Sequence record: PV775410.1
Length of the DNA stretch: 45,137 nt
DNA from: Escherichia phage vB_Eco_Sem3
Direction: 5' to 3' (one strand)
In this document: piece by piece, positions 29,081 through 38,501 of the stretch
How the letters are laid out: each line of letters opens with the position of its first letter
Numbering within the stretch: position 1 is the stretch's first letter
Made by a program: the position numbers and the translations under genes
Notes under the pieces: model-generated
Databases searched by the model: none
What the model was told of the DNA's origin: nothing
Seen by the model: only the letters and a program-made list of their open reading frames with translations

Positions 29081-29283
29081 GTAGGCCACTCCTTCAGCAC
29101 ATGTTCACGCAGCCACTCTTTCGCCCAATTAGCAGGGTGTATCTTATCTCGGTGACATACATACTCTGGTATTAAGTGGTTATGCAGATAAATCTCTTCA
29201 CCTAAGAGAATAGTGATAAGATAACCAAGATGTATGGATGAGAAGCTCACGTGAATCAGGAAACGTTCTTCAATAGTCGGCAT
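28993..29283 (-). CDS. Hypothetical protein, 96 aa
   Basis: RBS GGAGAA upstream of ATG; 3' part overlaps the exonuclease start by about 90 nt, so the true extent is uncertain. Confidence 0.3.
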   Translation of the reverse strand: MPTIEERFLIHVSFSSIHLGYLITILLGEEIYLHNHLIPEYVCHRDKIHPANWAKEWLREHVLKEWPTCDQTSTSELQYRKTITCCCGRLKVIESL

Positions 29284-29305
29284 AATTCATTCTCCAATAA
29301 CTATT

Positions 29306-29341
29306 ACGCAAAAGACCCTGCCTACACTAAGGCAGACAGGG
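29306..29341 (-). terminator. Hairpin plus U-tract terminator-like element
   Basis: Minus strand reads CCCTGTCTGCC-TTAGTGTA-GGCAGGG followed by TCTTTTGCG; downstream of the 123-aa gene. Confidence 0.5.
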
Positions 29342-29400
29342 CATTAGATGAGGTGAGCGTGATAGTCAACCAGGACTAACAGAGGCAACACCTGCTATTA

Positions 29401-29772
29401 TCAAAATTCTTCCTCTTCGCTTACCGGAGTTTCCGGTGCAGCTACTTCTTCTGCTGGAGCTTCAGCTTCTTCAGCAGCCTTAACTTCTTTCACTGGTTTA
29501 CCAGCAGCAACCCAATCCAGATATTCAGCTACGATATTAGCCTTACCAATCTGAGCTTTGTCAGCCTGCTCAGGGAAGCAAGCACGAGCGAACTCCAGAC
29601 CAGCAGCGAAGTTACCCATGCTGTCAATCTTAGCCTGAGCTTCTTCACGAGTATCATAAGCCTTAGTACCAGCTACCAGTTGATCAGCTTCATCGACGAT
29701 AATGAAAGACTCAACGGATACCAGAGCAGCACCTTTAACAACACGGTTTACGATAGTTTCAATCTTGAACAT
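29401..29772 (-). CDS. Acidic-tail protein, 123 aa (C-terminus …PVSEEEEF)
   Basis: An acidic C-terminal tail ending in Phe is the hallmark of T7 gp2.5 and gp4 DNA-polymerase-binding tails; this could be the SSB or another replisome partner. Confidence 0.55.
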   Translation of the reverse strand: MFKIETIVNRVVKGAALVSVESFIIVDEADQLVAGTKAYDTREEAQAKIDSMGNFAAGLEFARACFPEQADKAQIGKANIVAEYLDWVAAGKPVKEVKAAEEAEAPAEEVAAPETPVSEEEEF

Positions 29773-29822
29773 ATTAAATTCTCCTTTGTTAGTTGTGGCA
29801 TTATCGCCGATTAAAATTCTTC

Positions 29823-29844
29823 TCTTCTATAGTGTCCAGTAAAT
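29823..29844 (-). promoter_or_regulatory. Phage RNAP promoter
   Basis: Minus strand reads ATTTACTGGACACTATAGAAGA. Confidence 0.7.
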
Positions 29845-29858
29845 ACCGGACACCGATT

Positions 29859-29875
29859 TGTCTCACACGTGAGAC
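29859..29875. repeat. Palindromic hairpin element GTCTCACACGTGAGAC (copy 2, CACGTG-centre variant)
   Basis: Read directly; sits between a gene stop and the promoter at 29823-29844. Confidence 0.75.
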
Positions 29876-29876
29876 T

Positions 29877-30095
29877 TTATAAAACTGTGTTCACCTGAGC
29901 AATGTCATGCGCCGGAAGCGATACGCCGTGGCGTTTCCCCGTAGCTGGGTCGCTGTAGTTCACCACGTGCTGTCCGTCGCGCCAGATGTAGTGCAGGTCA
30001 GCATAAATCTCCCCTTCGGAGAAAGAGTGGAAAGTGCTACCTCCGAGCGTTGTGATACCTTTCTTGCAGTGCAGGGTTACGATTTGTACTTTCAT
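29877..30095 (-). CDS. Hypothetical protein, 72 aa
   Basis: Track ORF; tightly packed between neighbours. Confidence 0.45.
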   Translation of the reverse strand: MKVQIVTLHCKKGITTLGGSTFHSFSEGEIYADLHYIWRDGQHVVNYSDPATGKRHGVSLPAHDIAQVNTVL

Positions 30096-30104
30096 CCTTT
30101 CTCC

Positions 30105-30911
30105 TTAATATTCCGCGTCCTCATCCATCTCCGGTGCAGGAGTATCTTCTGCTTCAGGTACTTCCTGTGGAACAGACTCACCAGTATCCAGAGATTTACG
30201 ATTATCTGGAGTAGCATCCTCGTCATCTTTCTTCTTGGCTTTCTTCCACTCTGGGTCTTCTTCACGAGCAGCTTTAATGATTGCTTCTACGTGAGAACCA
30301 GCAACAGACAGGTTCTTACCACGAGGTGTTTCATTAAGGAAGTATTGACGCACCAAGTTAGCTGGGATGTCATCAAGGATTTCTTTGGTCAGCTTGTCGA
30401 AGGTGATATGACCTGTCATAGACAGACCTTCCTCTTCTACCTGAGCCAGTACAAGCTTCTTCAACTTATCAGGCATACCGCCAAAGCCTTTCCAGTTAAC
30501 ATACTTGAAAGTACCATCATCATTCTTGTCGCCAGAGCCAACCATAGTTGCAGTCAGGCATTCACCGATGAAGTCATCGAAACCACCAAGCAGCTCTTTA
30601 GGGTCAACTGCATTCAGGAACTTAGTCAAGGTTGCCTTGTCACCAGACTTCAGAGGCACAGCCATCCACTGTTCCATGCGAGAATCATCTTCATTCTTGT
30701 CGTCGTCACCCATCAGGATAATCTTAACAAGAACAAAGTTTGCTGGCTTCTTAACCTCAGTGGTATTACCTTTCTTAAAAATATCTTGGAAGGAACCAAC
30801 ATGAATGATGCCAGAGATTACTGCTTCATGATCACCAACTTCAGGGTTCTTAAATACTTTACCTTCAGCCTTAGTAACCTGAGCACCAAAATCAAAATCA
30901 CCACGTGCCAT
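30105..30911 (-). CDS. Putative ssDNA-binding protein (gp2.5-like architecture) with acidic C-terminal tail …EMDEDAEY
   Basis: 268 aa; long acidic C-terminal tail ending in an aromatic residue; position in the replication module. Assignment is tentative. Confidence 0.4.
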   Translation of the reverse strand: MARGDFDFGAQVTKAEGKVFKNPEVGDHEAVISGIIHVGSFQDIFKKGNTTEVKKPANFVLVKIILMGDDDKNEDDSRMEQWMAVPLKSGDKATLTKFLNAVDPKELLGGFDDFIGECLTATMVGSGDKNDDGTFKYVNWKGFGGMPDKLKKLVLAQVEEEGLSMTGHITFDKLTKEILDDIPANLVRQYFLNETPRGKNLSVAGSHVEAIIKAAREEDPEWKKAKKKDDEDATPDNRKSLDTGESVPQEVPEAEDTPAPEMDEDAEY

Positions 30912-31063
30912 TTATTTAGTCTCCTATTGTCAGTTAGCTTTGTACTGAGCACAAGCATGTACTCACTAGAAAGCCCGATACTATATCGGGTTGTGCAAGA
31001 TGCACAATGGTTCAACATCAACATCAACACTTTACAATCATAGGCCGAACTAAGCCGACCTAT

Positions 31064-31086
31064 TGTTCTATAGTGTCCAGTAATTA
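31064..31086 (-). promoter_or_regulatory. Phage RNAP promoter (TAATTACTGG variant) overlapping a stop codon
   Basis: Minus strand reads TAATTACTGGACACTATAGAACA. Confidence 0.55.
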
Positions 31087-31461
31087 TTTGGTCAGATTGT
31101 CTAGCTCAATTTCCAGCATAACAATCTCTTTCTTCAGACTGTCAGATGCGGCTTGATGTACAAGGGCGATGGATGCCTTGTTCTCTTCAAATTCAGCTTT
31201 CAGACTGTCGCGCTCTTGCTGGTGACGTGCCAGCATCTCTTCAACCTCTTTGACTTGGCGTGCATTAAGGTCATCACGAGATGCATAGTAGCGGTTATGG
31301 CAGTCAATCATTTTAGAACTACGATGTTCTTCAACTTTAACTTGCTCTGCCTGTACTGCCTCGATGCGAGACTCAATAGCTTTGATAGCCTTGGACTTGA
31401 ACTTATTAGCCAGACCACGAAAGTATTGAGCTACAAATACCAGAGTAGTTACCATAGACAT
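31084..31461 (-). CDS. Membrane-anchored coiled-coil protein, 125 aa
   Basis: N-terminal hydrophobic segment MSMVTTLVFVAQYF, then a charged heptad-like helical region. Confidence 0.55.
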   Translation of the reverse strand: MSMVTTLVFVAQYFRGLANKFKSKAIKAIESRIEAVQAEQVKVEEHRSSKMIDCHNRYYASRDDLNARQVKEVEEMLARHQQERDSLKAEFEENKASIALVHQAASDSLKKEIVMLEIELDNLTK

Positions 31462-31525
31462 GTTTATATCTCCTATATTTACTTAATTACCTATACTACC
31501 TTATAAACCTAGATTGTCTAGGCTT

Positions 31526-31547
31526 TCCTTCTATAGTGTCCAGTAAA
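31526..31547 (-). promoter_or_regulatory. Phage RNAP promoter
   Basis: Minus strand reads ATTTACTGGACACTATAGAAGGAA. Confidence 0.7.
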
Positions 31548-31830
31548 TCATGTTAGACAAAATAAGTAGGGATAAGTTATCCATAAAGGCCACTCGTAAG
31601 TGACCTTGAGTATAACTCAGTCGTAGTTACCATCACAATCCGGGTCAATGCCAGAGAAGGCCCAGAGTACTACCATAAATAATATGATACCAAGAATAAT
31701 AAAAGCAGTTTGCATTAGTCGTAACCCTCTTCTTCATCAGGTATATCTAGTCTCATACTCCCATAACAAGCAAGCATAAGGAGTGTAAGAAAGAGAGTGA
31801 AGAATAGGCAAATAATGTCAAGCCTATCCA

Positions 31831-34380
31831 TCAGTGTGTTTCCTTCCAGCTTGCGCCAATCTTATATTCTCCTGCCATCGGGCAACGCATCTTCAGATAC
31901 TGCCCTGCCCAAGTCATGGCGTCGGCAATGATATGACCTGCACGGTGATAGCGGCGCTGGCAATGCAATACACCAGCATCAGCATCAACGCTAACGAGGT
32001 TTGCAGCAGACCACATACGTCCTTCAGAATCCACATGAATACGTTTCTCCTCTGCATCGAAAACTGCTTTCACAGCAGCCTTCTCTGTTTCGAACCCATC
32101 TAAGGTGAAAGGTAGGTCGTAGTTAAGATACAAGACCTCCTCTTCAGGAACTTCCATCTGGATTTCATCATGCACGTTAGCCACACCACAAGGATTTCCC
32201 ATAGCATCCAAAGCTACACCTTCCTTGCGCATTACTGCAAATGCCTTGACTAATGCATATTTCATACACAAAGAGCCAGTCATCTGGAGTAATACGTTAA
32301 GCATCGTGTGCTCTTTAAGTTCACCACCAGACATGCGGATGCGACCCCAATGCCCATCAGGTGCTTGCAGGTAGCCAAACTTGTTACCTTGTGCGATAAC
32401 ATTCTCACGAAGACGTGCAAGAGACGGTAGTTCAATCTCGAATCTTGCCACAACTTCCTTCATTTCTTCCTCAGTAACACCGCAGACTGCTGCAAGGTTG
32501 GCTATACCAGAACCATAGAGGAAGGCGTATATAAACGTCTTCGCCATATCACGCTTAGGAAGACCAGCCTTCATCTGGTTATGCGTATGAATATCACCGT
32601 GCAGTACAATCTCTTGGTACTCAGGGTCATTCATGAAGTGAGACAGGACACGCAGTTCAAGACCTGCACCGTCACAACCAAGAATTAGCTTGCCTTTCCC
32701 TGCTATGAATAAATCACGTAAAGGATACAAGCCACGGGCAGGAATATTAACCACGTTACGATGACGCATACGGAACGTAGAAGTGCCAATACTAATAGCA
32801 ACAGCTGGAACACGCCACTCTCCGTCATCTTTGTCAGACGTAGGCCAACATCCGTACCTCTCGTAGTATTGCTGCGCATTGATTCCTAGCTCCTTGTTGA
32901 ATGCTACAGGTACAAGGCCGCGACACTTTCGTACACCAGCCTGCGAGGGCCACGTTCCCTTCTCGTTGAAGGCTTCAACGTCACCACGGTTGAGTATCTG
33001 ACCACGACGGGATACGAGTATGTACCATGCAGCGATACCCAAGCACCAATCAGGGACTGTTTTACCTTCACGTGCGGCTCTTTCTTGCCATAAAGTGAGA
33101 GACTTTTCATTTATCTTACCACTCCAAGGTTTTGGTAACACTCCGTGCTCATCGAGATGAGCTTGCTCGGTATCGTTAAATTCAACACCTTTCCATCCAT
33201 ACTCATAGAGCACTTGCTTAACTGTATCCCTGTTACCCAAGGGAATCTCTTCGAAAGTAACAGGCGAGTAAGCGCCAATCCACTTGATGCTTGGCGTGTC
33301 ATTACGGTTTCCTCTAAGGTGAGGAAAGTCTTTCTTGACACTAGCCGACCAATCACCAGACTTAGTAGTGACACTCCATACTGTCTTGCGATCTCCTCGT
33401 CTCTCGGCATGAAGAAAGTGTGAGGGGTCAAGGACAGTAGGTATATTGTTGCTAGCTCCATACTCATTTGCGCGTTGGCATACTTCATTCTTTTCTTCCG
33501 GTTTAAAAGGTTTAGACTTGATACGCATAGGCATGTGAGGGCGGAACGCTGCGACTGTCTCATCAATCTTAGCGTCCAATTCTTCGCATCGGGCCAAAGC
33601 CTTGTCTATGTCCAGACGGAACCCGCGCTCGGCCTGACGGCTCATCTCCAGCGCCACAATGGACTCCATGTGGAAGGCTGTCTCAATGCCTAGGCCCGTG
33701 CGTTTATTCACGCCACGGCGTTTGTGCTCCATCCATTCCCCGTTAAAGAGCCAGAGGAACAAGTCACGACCAATCGCCACGTCCTCACGTACACGGTGAA
33801 CCATGTGGTCAGTTAGTTTAGACCAGTCCTCGTTCTCCGGTTTATAGCGACCTATACGGATGCCGTGCGCCTCAATTGAGTGAGGGGCGACGTTACCCAT
33901 ACCTTTGGCATATGCTTGCGGAGGAAGGCGTCTATCGGGGTTTAACAGGCGACTCATCACCAGCGTATCGACCACCTTAATGGGACACAAGTCTGCCCTT
34001 AAGCTGCCTTTGCCACGACGCTGGGTATAATTATACCCTTTCCAGATATCTGGAAATGCTTTCTCTAAAGCTAAACCATCATAGCCTAAGAAGTTTTGAG
34101 AAACGATAGCATCCGCATGATATAGGAAATTAACACCATCTTCCAGAGTACCATCTTGATGTCCTTCCCATTCAACTAAATGCTCTCTTGCAGAAGGATC
34201 TCTATTCTCAAATGAGTTAAAGAAAAGAAACTCTTCGGTAGTTAGTAGATCTACGCAGCAGATAATATGGACATCGTGATTACCTTTACCATAACGTATA
34301 GCGTCTAACAAACCTTTCGCTTCCAAATCCATAACTAGGATTCTGCCTTTAGCGGCCTCTTTCCAATTAATACCTTTCAT
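31831..34380 (-). CDS. DNA polymerase (family A, with 3'-5' exonuclease domain)
   Basis: 849 aa; N-terminal exonuclease-like region (…VMDLEAKGL…) and C-terminal polymerase motifs (…LHGDIHTHNQ…, …KTFIYAFLYGSG…, …VANVHDEIQMEV…); T7-like position. Confidence 0.9.
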   Translation of the reverse strand: MKGINWKEAAKGRILVMDLEAKGLLDAIRYGKGNHDVHIICCVDLLTTEEFLFFNSFENRDPSAREHLVEWEGHQDGTLEDGVNFLYHADAIVSQNFLGYDGLALEKAFPDIWKGYNYTQRRGKGSLRADLCPIKVVDTLVMSRLLNPDRRLPPQAYAKGMGNVAPHSIEAHGIRIGRYKPENEDWSKLTDHMVHRVREDVAIGRDLFLWLFNGEWMEHKRRGVNKRTGLGIETAFHMESIVALEMSRQAERGFRLDIDKALARCEELDAKIDETVAAFRPHMPMRIKSKPFKPEEKNEVCQRANEYGASNNIPTVLDPSHFLHAERRGDRKTVWSVTTKSGDWSASVKKDFPHLRGNRNDTPSIKWIGAYSPVTFEEIPLGNRDTVKQVLYEYGWKGVEFNDTEQAHLDEHGVLPKPWSGKINEKSLTLWQERAAREGKTVPDWCLGIAAWYILVSRRGQILNRGDVEAFNEKGTWPSQAGVRKCRGLVPVAFNKELGINAQQYYERYGCWPTSDKDDGEWRVPAVAISIGTSTFRMRHRNVVNIPARGLYPLRDLFIAGKGKLILGCDGAGLELRVLSHFMNDPEYQEIVLHGDIHTHNQMKAGLPKRDMAKTFIYAFLYGSGIANLAAVCGVTEEEMKEVVARFEIELPSLARLRENVIAQGNKFGYLQAPDGHWGRIRMSGGELKEHTMLNVLLQMTGSLCMKYALVKAFAVMRKEGVALDAMGNPCGVANVHDEIQMEVPEEEVLYLNYDLPFTLDGFETEKAAVKAVFDAEEKRIHVDSEGRMWSAANLVSVDADAGVLHCQRRYHRAGHIIADAMTWAGQYLKMRCPMAGEYKIGASWKETH

Positions 34381-34852
34381 ATCTAGACCAACCTTTGTGA
34401 GATTTGAAATTCCGCCAACCTTTATACACCTTACTCATAGAATTAAGGTTGAGGTTGTTTTCTTTGCAGAATTTAGACAAGTTAAATACTTCTACTCGTT
34501 CTCCTTCTGGATTACAGAATATGTAGGATTTAGCACAAGCAGCTTCGTGTCTCTCTTTAGAATGCGCAGTGTTACCTAACCTATCAGTCCATTCTAAATT
34601 ATCTTCATGACAGTTAGCTCTGTCATAATCTTTATGGTTGACTTCTGGTAAATTAAGAGGGTTCGGTATGAAATTCTCTGCCACCAAGCGGTGCAATTTC
34701 CTATGCTTTCCTGCAATATTCATTATCCGATAACCATCTTTGTCAAGATAACCTACAAGGAATCTGTTTGTTATCGTGCTAAAGATACGACCATCGGAAT
34801 AGAGGATGTAGTTAGTAAAAATCCTCGTACATTTGATCTGTTTCGAACTCAT
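34367..34852 (-). CDS. HNH homing endonuclease (161 aa) abutting the DNA polymerase start
   Basis: Start at MSSKQIK (RBS AGGAGGGAGG); …LPEVNHKDYDRANCHEDNLEW… HNH motif; 3' end overlaps the DNAP start by 14 nt. Confidence 0.75.
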   Translation of the reverse strand: MSSKQIKCTRIFTNYILYSDGRIFSTITNRFLVGYLDKDGYRIMNIAGKHRKLHRLVAENFIPNPLNLPEVNHKDYDRANCHEDNLEWTDRLGNTAHSKERHEAACAKSYIFCNPEGERVEVFNLSKFCKENNLNLNSMSKVYKGWRNFKSHKGWSRYERY

Positions 34853-34953
34853 CCTCCCTCCTTTCTGGTTTAGGTTGCATTGAATCTTGGAAATCCCAAT
34901 CAGAATCATAATCACGTGGCATAATGCACCTCCAATCAACATGATAAAAGGCT

Positions 34954-34969
34954 GTCTCACACGTGAGAC
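34954..34969. repeat. Palindromic hairpin element GTCTCACACGTGAGAC (copy 3)
   Basis: Read directly; followed on the transcribed strand by CCTTTTAT. Confidence 0.75.
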
Positions 34970-34979
34970 AACCCTTGAC

Positions 34980-35156
34980 TTATCGACTGCGAATCTTACG
35001 TTTCACTTCACTTTCCTTGATAACCTGTTCACGAGTGAGACTATTCTTCTTGGCCTCAGCCATAGTTAACTGTGCGAACAGAAAGGCTTGGTTAGTAATC
35101 TTGGCTTGCAGGTCTTCATGACCATCGAACATTTTAAGACTATGTTTATTCTGCAT
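34980..35156 (-). CDS. Hypothetical protein, 58 aa (MQNKHSLKMFDGHEDLQAKITNQ…)
   Basis: Hand-called ORF below the track cutoff; overlaps the upstream gene stop. Confidence 0.35.
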   Translation of the reverse strand: MQNKHSLKMFDGHEDLQAKITNQAFLFAQLTMAEAKKNSLTREQVIKESEVKRKIRSR

Positions 35157-35364
35157 ATTTCACCATGAAACTGCCAATGACTTTAAAATCCTCACGGAAT
35201 TGCCTTTCAGTCCAATGACCAAAAAGTTCCAGTTGGAAACTTGCACTACTACTAGCACCTATTAATGCCAATCTTTTTGAAGTACGATAAGGCTTAACGC
35301 CATTTGGTGCTACAACTGCATAGCATTTATGAGGTCCACGCATATAAATTAATACCTTAGTCAT
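35146..35364 (-). CDS. Hypothetical protein, 72 aa
   Basis: Track ORF in the gap between the primase/helicase and DNAP blocks. Confidence 0.45.
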   Translation of the reverse strand: MTKVLIYMRGPHKCYAVVAPNGVKPYRTSKRLALIGASSSASFQLELFGHWTERQFREDFKVIGSFMVKYAE

Positions 35365-35374
35365 GATTAACTCC

Positions 35375-36064
35375 TTAGATATTCACGTATGTTTCTTCAG
35401 TAACAATAGGGAGGTACAGTAACTCTTCATCATTCAAGATGTGAAGACCTTTCAACCCTTGCTTACGAATAATACCTTCTATAGTGTCGGCAAAATGCTT
35501 ATTAATTACACGTCGTTGCGTACCGTGTTCTGTGATTGCATGGTCAACATCCATGATTCGTACAGGTACATTTGGATGCATCATGGCTTCGCCAATCTTT
35601 ACCATAGCTTGTCCTGTGGATTTACCAAGAGCACGAGTGTTAAACTGCGTAACACCTAGTGCAGTGCCACATTGCTTAATCATTTCACTTTGAGTCTTAC
35701 CAGTGATTACATTGCGACGCTCTTTCTTGAGTGTGGTTTTCTTTTCTGCCATGTACTCTGCTAGTGTTTGAGGACCAGCACCATAATAAAGAGGGTATAA
35801 TAGCATTTTATGCAGCTGGCGGGCACACTTATCGCAAATCTCATCGTGTACGCACTTACATTGATTGCTTACCTCTCCAATCTTCTCAAGGTAGTTATGT
35901 GCTGATTCCTTTTGATAAGCCTGTCTAATACCATTACTGTACTCTACATAGTAGCTGTTTTCACTTACATTAGTCACAGTACCACGGCAACGATATCTAC
36001 GTGAGGTTACATTGATGTTACGAACATAATCACCTACATTCAATACTAATTTATACATAATCAA
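35375..36064 (-). CDS. Hypothetical protein, 229 aa, with Cys cluster (C-x-C-x5-C-x2-C)
   Basis: …NQCKCVHDEICDKCARQ… suggests a zinc-binding site; no recognisable catalytic motif. Confidence 0.55.
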   Translation of the reverse strand: MIMYKLVLNVGDYVRNINVTSRRYRCRGTVTNVSENSYYVEYSNGIRQAYQKESAHNYLEKIGEVSNQCKCVHDEICDKCARQLHKMLLYPLYYGAGPQTLAEYMAEKKTTLKKERRNVITGKTQSEMIKQCGTALGVTQFNTRALGKSTGQAMVKIGEAMMHPNVPVRIMDVDHAITEHGTQRRVINKHFADTIEGIIRKQGLKGLHILNDEELLYLPIVTEETYVNI

Positions 36065-36097
36065 TCTCCAGTTATTTAATGTACTTAATAAGAGCCT

Positions 36098-36113
36098 GTC
36101 TCACATGTGAGAC
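36098..36113. repeat. Perfect palindrome GTCTCACATGTGAGAC (copy 4) with CCT/AGG extension
   Basis: Read directly; followed on the transcribed strand by GGCTCTTATT. Confidence 0.8.
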
Positions 36114-36130
36114 AAGCCCTGATAAATACA

Positions 36131-36292
36131 CTAGATAAGGCGTGTTACAATAAAGAACATTGACATCATAAAACCAGATGCAACGATAAGTTTCACTGCT
36201 TTCTTGAAGCCATATCGTGCAGCATAATCTGCGATCACAAGCATGAATAGGATCTCAATACCGATATTCAATACTGGTTTAATAATTTCCAT
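36131..36292 (-). CDS. Small hydrophobic protein, 53 aa (MEIIKPVLNIGIEILFMLVIADYAARYGF…)
   Basis: Hand-called; ATG overlaps the primase/helicase stop (TAATG). Confidence 0.4.
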   Translation of the reverse strand: MEIIKPVLNIGIEILFMLVIADYAARYGFKKAVKLIVASGFMMSMFFIVTRLI

Positions 36293-38280
36293 TAAAACTC
36301 CTGTTCATCGTCAAAAGTTGTCTCTTCTATAGTGTCCGGTAAATCCGGCACTTCTTGTTGCCTTGCTTCACCTGTATCAAATGACTTAGTACGGGCTTGT
36401 GGTTCCATTAAACGTCCGGTTTGAATGTCACCCTTAAGCATGACCTTGGTTCCAGTGTAGATACCTTGGTCGCGGTCTTTGACACATGAGATGTACGTGG
36501 TAGTCCGTTCATCAAGCGTTTCAGCTCTTGTATTACGCTCAATCCCCAAGGCGTAAGATGCCCAGAATCCGATAGCGCCTGAACCTCGGAAGTCAGAAAG
36601 GATAACCTCGCCACCTTCTTCGTGTTGGGTACGGTTTGCCGGAGGACGTGTAAGGTGTGATACAAGGAATATAGTAACCGGGTGTCGGTCTTTGATAGTA
36701 CCAATCCGCTTGACGCATTCATCAAGTGCACCAACCTTCCCACCAAAAGCACGCTCATCTAATTTAATCCCCGTTAAGTTATCAATGATGATATTAGAAA
36801 TGCCCATAGCCTCAAACTCTAGGCAAGTTTGCTCTACCTTTTCCATCGAATAGTCACCCTCTAGGTCAGCTACAAACAGCTTACCTGTATCAGCTACATA
36901 ATCAATGGCGGCGTTAGCCTCTTCCTCGGTGTAGTCGAACACCTCACGGTATCCATCTTCTTTCGGGTCGTTGGTTGGCGGTAACTCAATACGCTTATCA
37001 ATCCACTTGCCGATAAAAGCACGGGACACCTTGACCATCGGGTCTTCTGTAGAAATGATGCCTACAGATTCACCGTGTTCTTCAATGAGGTGCTTAACTA
37101 CTTCACGAAGGAACTCAGTCTTACCCACACCAGAGCCTGCGCCTACAATGATAAGTTGGTTCTTACGAATACCTAGCGTTACCTTGTTCAGCTTAGGCCA
37201 AGGCCATGATAGTCCTTGCTCTGGACGTGCAGCCTTGAGCTTATCCCTTTGAGATGCGATAGATTTAATCTGGCTACCAAAGACTTCATCAGATGACTTG
37301 GCATTAAACCATGCATCTACAAACTCTTTAGCCTTGCCAGCCATCAATGCCTTGTTAGCATCTTTGCAACCAGATGGATATTCGAGGATGTAGGATTTGC
37401 CAGGAAACAGGCGAGCAGCTTGTTGGTTCTGCTTCTGCCCCACCTCGTCGCCATCAAAGCCCCATATAATCTTCTTGAATTGGGCTATGTGCTCACGGTT
37501 TTGCACTATCTCTTCAAGGCAAGACTCACCTTTATTGACAGACCATACATGGTATGGCTGACCTTCCCACTTAGTACCTTTGGCAGAATCAAGGAGCATC
37601 TGCTGCGCTGCTAGTGCATCAAGTTCACCGCCTACAATAAGCAAGCAATCCTTTCGTCTCCCCTTGTCTAACACGTGAGACAAAGTATTCATACCGAAAA
37701 GATCTTGCATGCCAAAGAGTTTACCTAAATGACCAAACTTAAAATCTTTAGGTAATGTGCGACACTTAGCTCCTACTAGCTCACCTTTCTCGAAGCGTGG
37801 ATAGTAATGCCGCGAGACTCTACCCTCTTCATCGTGTCCGACACGTACATCATACAATGCGCAAATGTCGCCGCGAATGTGTCTGGAAACAAGGTTCTTA
37901 CGCTTAAGCGTGAGGAACCATTCAACATCAAGTTTCCACTCTGCTTCTTGGTCTGCCCTTTCTTGCTCATTCATGACCTCCCAACGGTCTTTCATACGCA
38001 TACCACCAAGAGCGATGGCGCGTAGCTTAGGGTCGCTTATCTTCCCTTCCTTCTCCATCTCTTTGAATTGAGAAGGTGTGTATTTGATATTGCCAGTAAT
38101 AGGCAACTCGGTTATCTCGATGCCTCCCTCTGGCTTATGATAGTAGGGTCTACCATTATCATGAAAGTGACCACGGTTACAATAGCCAGCACCATCATCA
38201 AATATCATGAGATGATTGCCGGATTTATCGTGCCCATTCTTCTGGCAGGCAGGGCACGGGATGTTATTAATAATAGCCAT
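36292..38280 (-). CDS. Bifunctional DNA primase/helicase (T7 gp4-like)
   Basis: N-terminal zinc ribbon (…CPACQKNGHDKSGNHLMIFDDGAGYCNRGHF…), Walker A …VGAGSGVGKTEF…, acidic C-terminus ending …DDEQEF. Confidence 0.9.
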   Translation of the reverse strand: MAIINNIPCPACQKNGHDKSGNHLMIFDDGAGYCNRGHFHDNGRPYYHKPEGGIEITELPITGNIKYTPSQFKEMEKEGKISDPKLRAIALGGMRMKDRWEVMNEQERADQEAEWKLDVEWFLTLKRKNLVSRHIRGDICALYDVRVGHDEEGRVSRHYYPRFEKGELVGAKCRTLPKDFKFGHLGKLFGMQDLFGMNTLSHVLDKGRRKDCLLIVGGELDALAAQQMLLDSAKGTKWEGQPYHVWSVNKGESCLEEIVQNREHIAQFKKIIWGFDGDEVGQKQNQQAARLFPGKSYILEYPSGCKDANKALMAGKAKEFVDAWFNAKSSDEVFGSQIKSIASQRDKLKAARPEQGLSWPWPKLNKVTLGIRKNQLIIVGAGSGVGKTEFLREVVKHLIEEHGESVGIISTEDPMVKVSRAFIGKWIDKRIELPPTNDPKEDGYREVFDYTEEEANAAIDYVADTGKLFVADLEGDYSMEKVEQTCLEFEAMGISNIIIDNLTGIKLDERAFGGKVGALDECVKRIGTIKDRHPVTIFLVSHLTRPPANRTQHEEGGEVILSDFRGSGAIGFWASYALGIERNTRAETLDERTTTYISCVKDRDQGIYTGTKVMLKGDIQTGRLMEPQARTKSFDTGEARQQEVPDLPDTIEETTFDDEQEF
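36321..36344 (-). promoter_or_regulatory. Phage RNAP promoter, CCGGT class
   Basis: Minus strand reads ATTTACCGGACACTATAGAAGAGA; embedded in the 3' end of the primase/helicase gene. Confidence 0.65.
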
Positions 38281-38498
38281 TAGTTCACCTTAATAATTCT
38301 AGGTTGGTAAGAGTCAGCTTTTCTACGATTAGAGATAAACTTCTTTGCATCCCTTTCGGTGCAGAAGATAGCCTCTGTATCAGTATAGCCAATAGGCATC
38401 ATACAAGTGACCCATATTAAGCCTAATACTTTACGTTGCACTATGTAGAACTCTTGCCCGTGACTATTTAAACAGGTCTTGATTCTATATTTAGCCAT
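38280..38498 (-). CDS. Hypothetical protein, 72 aa
   Basis: RBS GGGAG; occupies the T7 gene 1.2 position but shows no similarity I can recognise. Confidence 0.5.
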   Translation of the reverse strand: MAKYRIKTCLNSHGQEFYIVQRKVLGLIWVTCMMPIGYTDTEAIFCTERDAKKFISNRRKADSYQPRIIKVN

Positions 38499-38501
38499 AA
38501 C

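Noticed and set aside
31620-31830. Two tiny hydrophobic ORFs (about 38 and 32 aa) immediately downstream of the DNA polymerase gene
   Set aside because: Both have plausible RBSs but are too short to support from sequence alone. They are noted as possible small membrane peptides but not called.
35470-35491. Promoter-like 14-mer (GACACTATAGAAGG) inside ORF 35375-36064
   Set aside because: The AT-rich upstream half of the promoter is replaced (ATTTTGCCGACACTATAGAAGG) and it lies within coding sequence. It is probably a decayed or weak site and is not called as a functional promoter.
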